Source: an uncultured Candidatus Saccharibacteria bacterium
GTDB lineage: Bacteria; Patescibacteriota; Minisyncoccia; Phycocordibacterales; SBAW01
NCBI GenBank assembly: GCA_964420015.1
Contig: CAYQPO010000002.1
Location: 7,997-71,996, forward strand
DNA length: 64,000 nt
Reading direction: 5' to 3'
Part shown: in pieces, positions 49,575-60,495 of the stretch
How positions within the stretch are numbered: the first letter of the stretch is position 1
Layout of the letters: each line of letters opens with the position of its first letter
Made by a program: the position numbers and the translations under genes
Notes under the pieces: generated by a model
Told to the model about the DNA's origin: nothing
Databases searched by the model: none
Seen by the model: the letters and a program-made list of their open reading frames with translations, nothing else

Positions 49575-50321
49575 ATGCTCGTAGTGGTTGCAATTTTGGG
49601 GGCGATACTCGGCAGTTTCCTTAATGCACTCCTGTTTCGCTATCAGACCGGCCGCTCCGTTATGCGTGGGCGCTCGCAGTGCATGTCCTGTGCCCACACA
49701 CTTTTTTGGTACGATCTCATTCCTGTTGTTTCTTGGCTCATGCTCTGTCGTCGATGTCGTTATTGTAGGACTAAGATTTCTGTCCAGTATCCACTCGTTG
49801 AGCTTGCAGCGGCTGCGCTTGCACTCGGTGTTTTTTTGCTCCACCCCGAGCTCTTGCGCTTTGCACTCGACACGGCGCTGTGGATGGTGCTCCTATTTGT
49901 GTTTGTGTACGACCTGCGCCACCAAGTTATCCCGTGGCCCGCACTGTGGATTGTAGCTGCGCTCGGTTTTGCTTCTTTCCTGCTCTACTCCGACCTCTCC
50001 CTCTGGTCTTTCTTTGCAGGGCCACTAGTAGCACTGCCACTGCTTGCTATCTCGGTGGTCTCGCGGGGGAGGTGGATGGGGTGGGGGGATGGTTTGCTTG
50101 AGGTGGGGCTTGGTTGGTTGCTGGGGCTCAGCGCTGGCTACAGCGCTTTGGCGGTTGCATTTTGGAGCGGCGCACTTGTGGGCATTGGGCTCCTTGGCTT
50201 GAGTAAAGCATATACAATAAAGAGCGAGGTCCCCTTTGCGCCATTTCTCATCCTGGGCGCAGGGGTAGCTTACTTCTTCCATGTGGACTTTTTTCAAGCG
50301 TTGCCGCTACTCTTCTCCTAA
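49575..50321 (+). CDS. pilD: prepilin peptidase PilD (A24 family)
   Basis: CxxC...CRRCRYC zinc motif and conserved Asp-containing TM core. Confidence 0.9.
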   Translation: MLVVVAILGAILGSFLNALLFRYQTGRSVMRGRSQCMSCAHTLFWYDLIPVVSWLMLCRRCRYCRTKISVQYPLVELAAAALALGVFLLHPELLRFALDTALWMVLLFVFVYDLRHQVIPWPALWIVAALGFASFLLYSDLSLWSFFAGPLVALPLLAISVVSRGRWMGWGDGLLEVGLGWLLGLSAGYSALAVAFWSGALVGIGLLGLSKAYTIKSEVPFAPFLILGAGVAYFFHVDFFQALPLLFS

Positions 50322-50946
50322 ACCGCGAGGTTTTACCCTCATTGAGCTTGTGGTGGTCTCGGCGATCATCCTCATCATTACGGTCTTTATTTTTTTTCAA
50401 CAATCCAAGTTTAACAGTGCGACCGTGTTGCGCAGCCTCACCTACAGCGTGGCACTTAGCTTGCGCCAAGCGCAGGTGTATGGCGTCTCGGTTCGCGAGT
50501 CTTCGCCCGGGAGCGGCGTGTTTGGCTCAGGCTATGGAGTCTATTTCCCCTCTGGTGTCACGACGCAGTACTACATCTTCTCCGACAATAACAGCAACGG
50601 CCAATATGACTCCGGCGAGGAGTTGCCAGTTTATACCTTGGGCAGTGGCTATACCATCAGCAATATCTGCGTGATGCTTTCGGGTACAGCCAACCTGCAA
50701 TGCGCCTCGGGCACCGGCACGGCGATCACCAAGCTCACCGTCTACTTCCGCCGGCCTAATCCTGACGCTTGTTTTGCAACCGACCAGGCTTCTGGCGCCT
50801 GCGTCACGGCGGCTTCGGCGGTATATTCGACCGCCTATATCCAGGTAAGGTCGACCGGCAATGGTGACACACGCAGCATCAAAGTTTCTTCAACCGGGCA
50901 AATTGCAGTGTGCAGTGCTAACCTTACCGATCTTACGCAATGTTAA
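50281..50946 (+). CDS. minor pilin (prepilin-type N-terminus)
   Basis: [12 protein letters not shown]; overlaps pilD by 41 nt. Confidence 0.7.
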   Translation: MWTFFKRCRYSSPKPRGFTLIELVVVSAIILIITVFIFFQQSKFNSATVLRSLTYSVALSLRQAQVYGVSVRESSPGSGVFGSGYGVYFPSGVTTQYYIFSDNNSNGQYDSGEELPVYTLGSGYTISNICVMLSGTANLQCASGTGTAITKLTVYFRRPNPDACFATDQASGACVTAASAVYSTAYIQVRSTGNGDTRSIKVSSTGQIAVCSANLTDLTQC

Positions 50947-51557
50947 AGCTGTACCAAAAAAATCCAAAGGGTTTTACGTTGATTGAGATCCTGGTCTCAG
51001 TGGCAATTTTTGCGATTGTGATGGTGATCTCGCTCGGCGCACTGCTCGCCATGTCCGAGAGCGATCGCAAGGCCCAGACGCTCAAGTCGGTCATCAACAA
51101 TCTTAACTTTTCGCTCGACTCTATATCGCGCGCGATCCGCACTGGCCAAAATTATCACTGCGATATAACGCAGACGCCGCTTGCTGCTCCGCTCGACTGC
51201 GCGGTGTCCCCCGGGACCTCGATTGCGTTTGTGCCTTCGGGCGGAGGGACCACCATGTACAAGTTTGAGAGTGCGAGCGCCAGTATCTGCGGGCAGTCGG
51301 GCACCGTGGGGTGCATCACCCGCTCGACCGACGGCGGTGCGACGTTTGCCGCTATCACCGCACCCGAGGTGGTGGTTTCTTCGATGAAGTTCTACGTCAC
51401 GGGCGCGCAGAGTGCCGGGATCCAACCAAAAGTGACCATTTTGCTCTCTGGCGTGGTTGCTCCCAAGGGGGTGGTGGCCAACTGCGGGGGGCAATCGTCC
51501 GCTTCGACCTGCTTTAACCTCCAGACCACCGTGACGCAGCGTCTCTACGACCAATGA
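50940..51557 (+). CDS. minor pilin
   Basis: KGFTLIEILVSVAIFAIV. Confidence 0.75.
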   Translation: MLKLYQKNPKGFTLIEILVSVAIFAIVMVISLGALLAMSESDRKAQTLKSVINNLNFSLDSISRAIRTGQNYHCDITQTPLAAPLDCAVSPGTSIAFVPSGGGTTMYKFESASASICGQSGTVGCITRSTDGGATFAAITAPEVVVSSMKFYVTGAQSAGIQPKVTILLSGVVAPKGVVANCGGQSSASTCFNLQTTVTQRLYDQ

Positions 51558-52141
51558 TAAAAAAAATCTTCAATAGGGGTTTTACTCTAATCGAGACACT
51601 GGTCGCGGTGCTTTTGCTCGCCTCAGCGATTGCAGGACCGCTCACGATTGCCTCCAAAGGTCTCTCTGCAGCATTGGTGGCCAAAGACCAAATTACCGCA
51701 TTCTTTCTTGCACAAGACGCGATGGAGCAGGTGCGTTTTTTGCGCGACAGCGCGTGTCTTGCCTCAGGCGGCGGGGCAGGGGGCTGTGCTGCGAATGTAT
51801 GGCTCTCTTCTCTGTCCCCGTGTGTGAGCACCGACGGCGTTGCCTCGTGCAAGCTCGACTCACTTGGCTTTTCACCCGCAAACCCGGTCGCATGCGATGC
51901 GGCTAGCTGCTCTGCGAGCACCGATGTCTTGCACTTCGACAGTACGAACAACAGCTTTAATTACAATCAGTCTGCACCGCTGAGCACGCAGCGCTATGTG
52001 CGTGTTATCCAAATCCAAAACGACCCCAACGGCACCGCCCCCGACGAGGCAGTAGTCACGGTTAAAGTAAGCTGGAGTGACATCGCCGGGGTCACGCATG
52101 CGCCGATCATTGTGCGAGAAGATATATTCAGATGGCAATAA
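51554..52141 (+). CDS. minor pilin
   Basis: RGFTLIETLVAVLLLAS. Confidence 0.75.
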   Translation: MIKKIFNRGFTLIETLVAVLLLASAIAGPLTIASKGLSAALVAKDQITAFFLAQDAMEQVRFLRDSACLASGGGAGGCAANVWLSSLSPCVSTDGVASCKLDSLGFSPANPVACDAASCSASTDVLHFDSTNNSFNYNQSAPLSTQRYVRVIQIQNDPNGTAPDEAVVTVKVSWSDIAGVTHAPIIVREDIFRWQ

Positions 52142-52632
52142 ATAATCGAGGGTTTACAATCTTTTTTGCAATGCTGGTGGGCGCTTTGGCGCTCGCGGTT
52201 GGCGCGGCAATCTACGACCTCACGGTGCGCGAGATCGACCTCTCTAACACAGCAACGCAGTCGCAGTACGCCATTTATGTTGCCGACACGGGTGCTGAGT
52301 GTGCGCTCTACTGGGACCTTAAATGCAGTTTGGGGGCGTGTTTTGCAGGGAGCGCGTTTGCCACCTCGAGCCACTCAACCGTGCCCGGCTCAGGAGCATC
52401 CTGCAGTGGGCAAGACATCGCCGCGGGGTGGACCGTCGACACCGCGGAGAGCGCTGCGACCACCACCTTTAAACTCACCTTTTTGCCTCAGCCCTATTGC
52501 GTCTTGGTAACGGTGGCTAAGCGCGGCAACCCAACACTCACCACGATCGTCTCGCACGGCTACAACACCAGCTGTCCACCGGGGACCCCAACAGCAACCC
52601 GTCTTGAACGCACCTTGCAGGTAGACTACTAA
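52132..52632 (+). CDS. minor pilin-like protein (atypical, no Glu+5)
   Basis: NRGFTIFFAMLVGALALAV. Confidence 0.55.
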   Translation: MAINNRGFTIFFAMLVGALALAVGAAIYDLTVREIDLSNTATQSQYAIYVADTGAECALYWDLKCSLGACFAGSAFATSSHSTVPGSGASCSGQDIAAGWTVDTAESAATTTFKLTFLPQPYCVLVTVAKRGNPTLTTIVSHGYNTSCPPGTPTATRLERTLQVDY

Positions 52633-52639
52633 GGGCTAG

Positions 52640-54649
<2,010 letters not shown>

Positions 54650-54693
54650 TAATTTGGTTGTTATTCTTGGCTCTATTTTAGAAAACACAGCTA

Positions 54694-54723
54694 TTGACAA
54701 CATATCTCTCGGTATAGTATAGT
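54694..54723 (+). promoter_or_regulatory. strong promoter TTGACA-N18-TATAGT driving the DGR target gene
   Basis: seen in sequence; ~135-nt leader with a good SD (AAAGGAGGA) before ATG 54859. Confidence 0.5.
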
Positions 54724-54858
54724 AGAGTGTCAGTTCTTTGATAGGGAATCAGCATTCGCCGCAGCGAAAAGCGCCTTTATTAGGACGTTTCTCGCTGTGG
54801 CGGACCCGATCGGGGACGCTTGAACGGCACTGTGAAAAGCGCTCAAAAGGAGGACTCC

Positions 54859-55521
54859 ATGAGCGAACGACAGCTTGCTGAACTCACCGGCAATCTCGTG
54901 CGGCACCAGCACTGCTTCGGTGCGATGTCGAACGACGACCGTCAGTGGACAATCAACAATCCGGCGGCGGCGATTGGCCTGTTTGCCGAGGCGGTGAAGA
55001 ACCGCAACAGCGGTACGGCGGCCGAGCGGAAGTCGCTCGAAAAGAAGAAGCAGCCAAAGCTTCTTGTCTCGGACGGCCACTACGCAGCCGTCGAGGCCAC
55101 TGAGCGTCACGAACCAGGTACGTTCTGGCAGACGCGCTCCGGCTTGTACGTGTACGACGACTTTCGTACACGCGTCGTCGCGGCAGCCACGCCGACCGAA
55201 GCTGGAGCGACGTTCAAGAAGCTCCCGCGCTTCAAGCTCGGCCGTAATGCCACTGGCGAGGAATTGAAGACGGCGCGTCCGAATGGTATTTGGACGGCGA
55301 CCGACTTCTGCCCCTGGCTTGCCGCAAAGCTTGCAAAGCAGGCGAAAGGCGAGGACGGTGAGTTCCTCACCAACGGTTGGGCCAACCTATTCTTGGTCGA
55401 AGGAGTTGGAGGCGAGGTCTTCGTCGTCCGCGTGCGCTGGGGCGTCGGCTTGTGGCTCGTCTACGCGTGGCCTCTCGGCCACGGCTGGCACGATGGTCGC
55501 CAGTTCGGCTCTCGCAACTGA
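54859..55521 (+). CDS. DGR variable (target) protein with C-terminal C-type-lectin-like variable region
   Basis: 220 aa; start inside ORF 54820; the C-terminal 36 codons coincide with the VR; ends ...WHDGRQFGSRN*. Confidence 0.8.
   Translation: MSERQLAELTGNLVRHQHCFGAMSNDDRQWTINNPAAAIGLFAEAVKNRNSGTAAERKSLEKKKQPKLLVSDGHYAAVEATERHEPGTFWQTRSGLYVYDDFRTRVVAAATPTEAGATFKKLPRFKLGRNATGEELKTARPNGIWTATDFCPWLAAKLAKQAKGEDGEFLTNGWANLFLVEGVGGEVFVVRVRWGVGLWLVYAWPLGHGWHDGRQFGSRN
55409..55519 (+). repeat. DGR variable repeat (VR)
   Basis: ~109-111 bp; identical to the TR at 55847-55957 except at 20-21 positions, every one a TR adenine. Confidence 0.9.
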
Positions 55522-55537
55522 CCAATTGCAACTTTGT

Positions 55538-55558
55538 GCGCCCGCCTAAGGCGGGCGC
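55538..55558 (+). promoter_or_regulatory. GC-rich hairpin just downstream of VR/IMH (DGR homing cruciform-like element)
   Basis: gcgcccgcc-taa-ggcgggcgc, 9-bp stem, 3-nt loop, 17 nt after the VR end; a second IR, ccccttgga...tccaagggg, lies at 55564-55612. Confidence 0.6.
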
Positions 55559-55846
55559 ATTGACCCCTTGGACACTCTGGCACTGTGCCGGAATCCAAGG
55601 GGTCTTTCGTTTTGATATAATGGCCCTGAAACCTTTGGTGATGCGGCGGTTAGGGCTTCCGTGTGGAGGTTTTGGAAGAGACAAATGCCTGAGTTCTTGC
55701 GGCCAAGGCTTCAAGAAGAGTGCGTTGAATCTTTCTAAAAAATAATTGGTAGTTGGTACTTGAAATTGGCGGACTTATAAGGTCCCACATTCGATACAGC
55801 CCGGAGAGTATTCGGTGGGTGGTGGTTCAGAAGGTTTCGAGTACGA

Positions 55847-55957
55847 GAGGCGAGGTCTTCGTCGTCAACGTGAACTGGAACGACGGCAAGTGGAACGTCA
55901 ACACGTGGCAACTCGGCAACGACTGGAACGATGGTAACCAGTTCGGCTCTCGCAACT
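55847..55957 (+). repeat. DGR template repeat (TR)
   Basis: contains 8 AAC plus AAG and CAA codons at the positions that vary in the VR; followed by a hairpin tctctcgc-N10-gcgagaga. Confidence 0.9.
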
Positions 55958-55977
55958 CTAGTGATTTCTCTCGCGCT

Positions 55978-56265
55978 CTATGGTGCGAGAGTTTTTGCAA
56001 CCAACCCTTTTCTCCACCCGCCTAGTATGCGTCCAAGTTCGTGCGTTTTTTCTGATAGATTCACGTATTTTTTATCGTCTAGCGCCTGCAGTTCCCATGC
56101 GACACGCAGAAGGAATTTTAACGTATCCGTTTTCTTGATTGCAATTTCAATCGTTGGCAACTTGTTTGCTCGACCCTGGTAACTCGCTGTAAAGAGCAAT
56201 TCAAGGATTTGAATAAACAAGCTATCTATTTTATCGCCAAGCGTATAGCGAGACTTTTTCGGCAA
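55978..56265 (-). CDS. avd: DGR accessory variability determinant (Avd, four-helix-bundle); start codon apparently lost to a frameshift in the G11/C11 tract
   Basis: aligns to Bordetella-phage bAvd (HLPKKSRYTLGDKI~IPRKHGVAREM; ...HELGRILGGW~EVGRILGSW). In-frame helix-1 coding continues upstream to 56355 with no start codon; the ATG at 56380 is off by one frame across the homopolymer. Confidence 0.7.
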   Translation of the reverse strand: MPKKSRYTLGDKIDSLFIQILELLFTASYQGRANKLPTIEIAIKKTDTLKFLLRVAWELQALDDKKYVNLSEKTHELGRILGGWRKGLVAKTLAP

Positions 56266-56307
56266 ATGGTCGCGGCATTCGTGCCAAAACTTGTATACTG
56301 CTACAGC

Positions 56308-57335
56308 ATGCTCGATAACAGGAAGAATTCGTTGGGGGGGGGGGTCGTAAAGGACTCACGCATACATACGAGAATATCATTTCTGTTGAAAACTTGCTCT
56401 CTGCGTGGCGCGAGTTCTGTCTTGGCAAACAAATTAAAAAATATTTAAGGGATTTTCAATTTTTTTGGATGGACACATTTCTTTGCTTTCATTCCGATTT
56501 AAAAAAAAAACCATAAAAACACGGACGATATCACGCCTTCAACATCTCCGACCCAAAACCGCGCAACATTCACAAGGCCTCGGTACGCGATCGTCTGCTC
56601 CACCATGCCATCTACCGAATATTGTATCCATATTTTGATAAGAAATTTGTATTCGATTCCTATTCTTGCAGGATAGGCAAGGGCACCCACAAGGCCATGA
56701 ACCGCTTCCGATCTTTTGCCTACCAAGTGTCCAAAAACCACACCCGCACTTGCTGGGTACTCAAGTGCGACATCCGTAAGTTCTTTGCGAGCATTGACCA
56801 CCAGATACTGTACGCAATCCTCGAAAAGTACATACAAGACGAGGCAATGCTCTGGTTGCTTCGAGAAGTTGTTAATAGTTTTTCATCAAGGTCGAACCTT
56901 GATGTTGGTCTGCCGCTCGGCAATCTCACGAGTCAGCTTTTGGTCAACGTTTACCTAAACGAGTTCGACCAGTATGTGAAGCACCAACTCAAGGTTAAGT
57001 ACTACATCCGCTACGCGGACGACTTCGTGCTCCTTTCGCACGACAAATCGGTACTACAACAAACACTTCCATATATGGAAGTGTTTCTGAGGGAGCATCT
57101 CAAACTAAGCTTCCATCCGGACAAGGTATACATTAAGACTCTGGCTTCGGGTGTCGACTTTCTCGGCTGGGTACACTTTGCTGACCACCGCGTGTTGCGT
57201 ACTGCTACCAAGCGACGGATGTTGCGACGGCTGTGCGAACGATTGGGGCAGGAGGGAGCAGAGGCAACGAGGCAGGCGTACTTGGGAATGTTGAGTCAAG
57301 GTAATACCAAAAAATTGCGGGACAGGTTAGTATAG
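56308..57335 (+). pseudogene. DGR reverse transcriptase, apparently disrupted (5' frameshift at the G11 tract plus an in-frame TAA at 56514 right after an A10 tract); intact ORF only 56622..57335
   Basis: frame-0 translation aligns with Bordetella Brt across the stop: ENIISVENLLSAWREF...DLKKKP*KHGRYHAFNISDPKPRNIHKASVRDRLL...CRIGKGTHKA...GLPLGNLTSQLLVNVY...YIRYADDFVLL (YxDD). Confidence 0.8.
56334..56344. repeat. homopolymeric G11 (C11) tract in the antisense overlap of the avd and RT 5' ends
   Basis: seen in sequence; the avd frame closes with run length 10/13, the RT N-terminus from ATG 56308 with 9/12; the current 11 fits neither. Confidence 0.85.
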
Positions 57336-57339
57336 CTAC

Positions 57340-57642
57340 ATGATTTCGCGCGAGGAAGTGCTCAATTTAGCCGAGCTCTGCCGGCTCAAACTTACCGACG
57401 AAGAGGTAGCTGCTTTGCAAAAGGATATCTCCAGTATTTTGGAGTATGTCGGCCAAGTCAATACAGTTTCGCTGCCTGACAAAAAAGATGAGAAGCCAGT
57501 GGTGCGCAATGTAATGCGTGAGGATGTGCCGCGCGAGGGTAGCCACCCAATGCAGGGCAAAGAGGAGGCTCTGCGCGCACAATTTCCAACCCGGGAGAAA
57601 GACTTTAATGTGGTGCGCAAAATAATCCAGAAGGATGAATAG
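57340..57642 (+). CDS. gatC: Asp/Glu-tRNA amidotransferase subunit C
   Basis: 100 aa; GatC family. Confidence 0.85.
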   Translation: MISREEVLNLAELCRLKLTDEEVAALQKDISSILEYVGQVNTVSLPDKKDEKPVVRNVMREDVPREGSHPMQGKEEALRAQFPTREKDFNVVRKIIQKDE

Positions 57643-57672
57643 TGGATTGATATATCAATCCACTTCAAGAGT

Positions 57673-59094
57673 ATGAAATTAAATGAGCTCACGATCGTAG
57701 AGGCTTCTAAAAAACTCGCCGCGGGCGAGATAACTTCGGTTGCGCTCACCCAAGCATGCTTAGACGAAGTTGAGAAACGCAACGGAACATTGAATGCATA
57801 TTTGGAGGTGTTTGATGATGCATTAGAACAAGCAAAAAGAGCAGATACCCTTCGACAAGCTCAGGGTAAAAGTGCTCACGCACTTTTAGGCATCCCGCTT
57901 GTGATCAAAGACAACATCCTAATTGAGGGTAAAAAAGTTTCTGCAGCGAGCAAAATGCTCGAAAATTATGTTGCAACCTACGACGCAACGGTTATCAAAA
58001 AGCTCAAAGCGGCAGGCGCGGTCTTTTTAGGCCGTACCAATATGGACGAGTTTGCGCTCGGCGGCTCTACCGAAAACTCCGCTTTTGGGGTTACTAAGAA
58101 TCCGCACGATGAATCGCGCGTGGCTGGCGGGACTTCGGGTGGTTCGGCGGCAGCAGTTGCTGCACATTTGTGCTTGGGTGCTCTTGGTACCGACACTGGA
58201 GGTTCGGTGCGTAACCCGGCGAGTTTTTGCGGCATCGTAGGATTGAAGCCAACCTACGGCGTAGTATCACGCTCGGGCGTTATTGCCGCAGTGTCATCGT
58301 TTGACCAGGTTGGCCCGATGGCAAAAACGGTTGAGGATGCCGAGCTGCTCTTTACTGCCATCCGCGGCAAAGATATTTTGGATAGCACCACAATTGATGA
58401 AAAAACTTACGAAACAAAAACAATCCAGACAAAAAATATAGGAGTTTTTGATTTGAAATCTACTGGATGGGAAGGTGGTATCGATAGTGATGTTCAGAAG
58501 TTGTATCAGTCTTTCCAAAAAAAACTTGAGGGAATGGGTTATGAAGTTGTAACTATTCCTATGGTATATCTACAGCCTGCGCTCGCTTCTTACTACATCA
58601 CCAACTTTGCGGAGGTTTCCTCTAACCTTGCGCGCTTCGACGGTGTCCGCTATGGGCTGCACAGTAAAGGCACCTCATTGTTTGAGGATTATGCCAAGAG
58701 CAAGGCTGAGGGCTTTGGCCCAGAGACGCGCCGCCGCATTATGCTCGGCACCTATGTACTTTCGGCCGGTTACTATGACTCATACTACGGTAAAGCAGTC
58801 GCTGCACGCGAACAGCTACGCCAGGAATTTATAAAAGCATTCGAGTTGGTAGATGCGATCATCACACCCACGATGCCCACCCCGGCCTGGAAGGAAGGGG
58901 AGAAGTCCGATCCGCTTTCAGCGTATTTGGCAGACGTCTTTACGGTCTCAGCAAACCTTACGGGGAACCCAGCGATATCTATTCCAATGGGAACTATTGA
59001 AAAAGACGGTAAGCAGTTGCCGGTAGGCATCCAACTCACCGCCGCGCACGGGGATGAAGCGGGACTGTTTGCGCTCGCTCGCTCCATAGAATAA
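57673..59094 (+). CDS. gatA: Asp/Glu-tRNA amidotransferase subunit A
   Basis: amidase signature GGSSGGSAAAVA; 473 aa; carries an in-frame copy of dispersed motif A at 57847. Confidence 0.95.
   Translation: MKLNELTIVEASKKLAAGEITSVALTQACLDEVEKRNGTLNAYLEVFDDALEQAKRADTLRQAQGKSAHALLGIPLVIKDNILIEGKKVSAASKMLENYVATYDATVIKKLKAAGAVFLGRTNMDEFALGGSTENSAFGVTKNPHDESRVAGGTSGGSAAAVAAHLCLGALGTDTGGSVRNPASFCGIVGLKPTYGVVSRSGVIAAVSSFDQVGPMAKTVEDAELLFTAIRGKDILDSTTIDEKTYETKTIQTKNIGVFDLKSTGWEGGIDSDVQKLYQSFQKKLEGMGYEVVTIPMVYLQPALASYYITNFAEVSSNLARFDGVRYGLHSKGTSLFEDYAKSKAEGFGPETRRRIMLGTYVLSAGYYDSYYGKAVAAREQLRQEFIKAFELVDAIITPTMPTPAWKEGEKSDPLSAYLADVFTVSANLTGNPAISIPMGTIEKDGKQLPVGIQLTAAHGDEAGLFALARSIE
57847..57870 (+). 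repeat. motif A copy embedded in-frame inside gatA (encodes ...TLRQAQGK...)
   Basis: acccttcgacaagctcagggtaaaa. Confidence 0.75.
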
Positions 59095-59115
59095 AAGAGA
59101 CGGTAGAATGGGGGA

Positions 59116-59727
59116 GTGTATCCCTCCAATGTCGACTATCTCAATCTTGAGTACTTTTTGGCCAAGGCCTACGATTTTGTAGTAGGTTTTCATTGGAGTG
59201 CAGGTGTTGCCGCTGCACCCAGCTGGACCATTACCGCCGTGACCACAATCGTGATCATTGGCATGAGCGCTTCGCTCCTCCTCCTGCTCATGATCGTCTA
59301 TGCGCAAATTAGACTGCTCCAAGTTGAGCACGGCGGCTTTCATGCCCTCGAGCATGCTGCGGTGCACGAGCACGAAGTGCACAAACACGAAGCAACCGAG
59401 GAGGCGCATGCGCAAAACGAACGCTGGCGCCGTATAGAAGAGTTGAGTGCCTCGACCAACCATGGCGACTGGCGCCGCGCAATTTTGGAGGCAGATATCA
59501 TGCTCGGCGACGCGCTCAATCAGGCCGGCTATGTCGGCCCGACCATTGGTGATCAATTAAAGATGACCAATCCATTGCAGCTCACGACACTCGACCTGGC
59601 CTGGCGAGCGCACAAGGTGCGCAACGACATAGCCCACGGAGGCGAGGCCTATGAGCTTACGCAGCGTGATGCTCAGGCGGCAATAAATAACTTTAGAAGG
59701 GTGTTTGAGGAGTTGGGAGCGATCTGA
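59116..59727 (+). CDS. hypothetical membrane protein with His-rich segment
   Basis: one TM; HALEHAAVHEHEVHKHE. Confidence 0.45.
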   Translation: MYPSNVDYLNLEYFLAKAYDFVVGFHWSAGVAAAPSWTITAVTTIVIIGMSASLLLLLMIVYAQIRLLQVEHGGFHALEHAAVHEHEVHKHEATEEAHAQNERWRRIEELSASTNHGDWRRAILEADIMLGDALNQAGYVGPTIGDQLKMTNPLQLTTLDLAWRAHKVRNDIAHGGEAYELTQRDAQAAINNFRRVFEELGAI

Positions 59728-59753
59728 TATACTAGGGGAGTAACGGGCGACAT

Positions 59754-59826
59754 AGCGGGGTGGAGCAGTAGTAGCTCGTCAGGCTCATAACCTGAAGGTC
59801 GCAGGTGCAATTCCTGCCCCCGCAAC
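59754..59826 (+). tRNA. tRNA with CAU anticodon (Met; initiator/elongator/Ile2 not resolved)
   Basis: D-arm GAGC..GCTC, anticodon stem-loop TCAGG-CTCATAA-CCTGA, T-arm GCAGG-TGCAATT-CCTGC; apparent 1:72 mismatch; 3' CCA not encoded. Confidence 0.6.
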
Positions 59827-59829
59827 AAG

Positions 59830-60435
59830 ATGCAGGTGTTTTCGATACAAGAAGCGCTCAAATTTGGTTGGCATAAAACCAAAGCGCACAACAAGCTTGT
59901 GTTCCAAGTTGTGCTCACCCTCTTGGCTGTACAAGTGGCCGCAGCAATTGTGCAAAAGGTGCTTGCGGGCAGCGGACTGGGGTTTGTCGCGCAGGTGGTG
60001 CTCGGAGTGCTTTCTTTGGCGTTTGGGATTGGCGCAATGAAAATAGCACTTTTGCTCGCGCGCGGTGAGCACGCAAGCTATGCGCAGATTTGGCCAAGCT
60101 GGAGACTCTTTTGGTATTACCTAGGCGCCTCGCTTTTGGCAGTGCTCTGCATCATAGGCGGCCTGATCTTGCTCATCATCCCGGGGTTTATCATTGCGGT
60201 ACGGCTCTCGATGGTGCGATTCGAGGTAATCGACGGAGCGCACGTGAAATCAAGTCTACAAAAAAGTTGGGAACTTACCCGGGGCCACTTCTGGAAACTG
60301 CTCGGGTTTTTTATCACGATTATCCTCTTAAATATTCTTGGAGCGGTCTGTCTTCTGGTGGGCCTGCTCGTGACCATTCCCATCTCGATGCTCGCGTTCG
60401 CACACGTATATCTAAAGCTTAAAAATAGGGGATAA
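59830..60435 (+). CDS. hypothetical polytopic membrane protein (201 aa)
   Basis: 5-6 TM. Confidence 0.5.
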   Translation: MQVFSIQEALKFGWHKTKAHNKLVFQVVLTLLAVQVAAAIVQKVLAGSGLGFVAQVVLGVLSLAFGIGAMKIALLLARGEHASYAQIWPSWRLFWYYLGASLLAVLCIIGGLILLIIPGFIIAVRLSMVRFEVIDGAHVKSSLQKSWELTRGHFWKLLGFFITIILLNILGAVCLLVGLLVTIPISMLAFAHVYLKLKNRG

Positions 60436-60495
60436 GTATATTCGAACACTGGTTTTAGGCTAGAATAGAACTTCAGTGTTTGGTGTAGAGATGTC

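Noticed and set aside
55753-56025. 90-aa plus-strand ORF (MVLEIGG...)
   Set aside because: It merely spans the DGR template repeat. Its resemblance to the target C-terminus is the TR/VR identity, not an independent gene.
56514-56516. Reading the in-frame TAA in the RT as a programmed frameshift or recoding site
   Set aside because: Homology continues in the same frame on both sides, so a frameshift would not help, and UAA reassignment is unknown in bacteria. A nonsense mutation or sequence error is more parsimonious.
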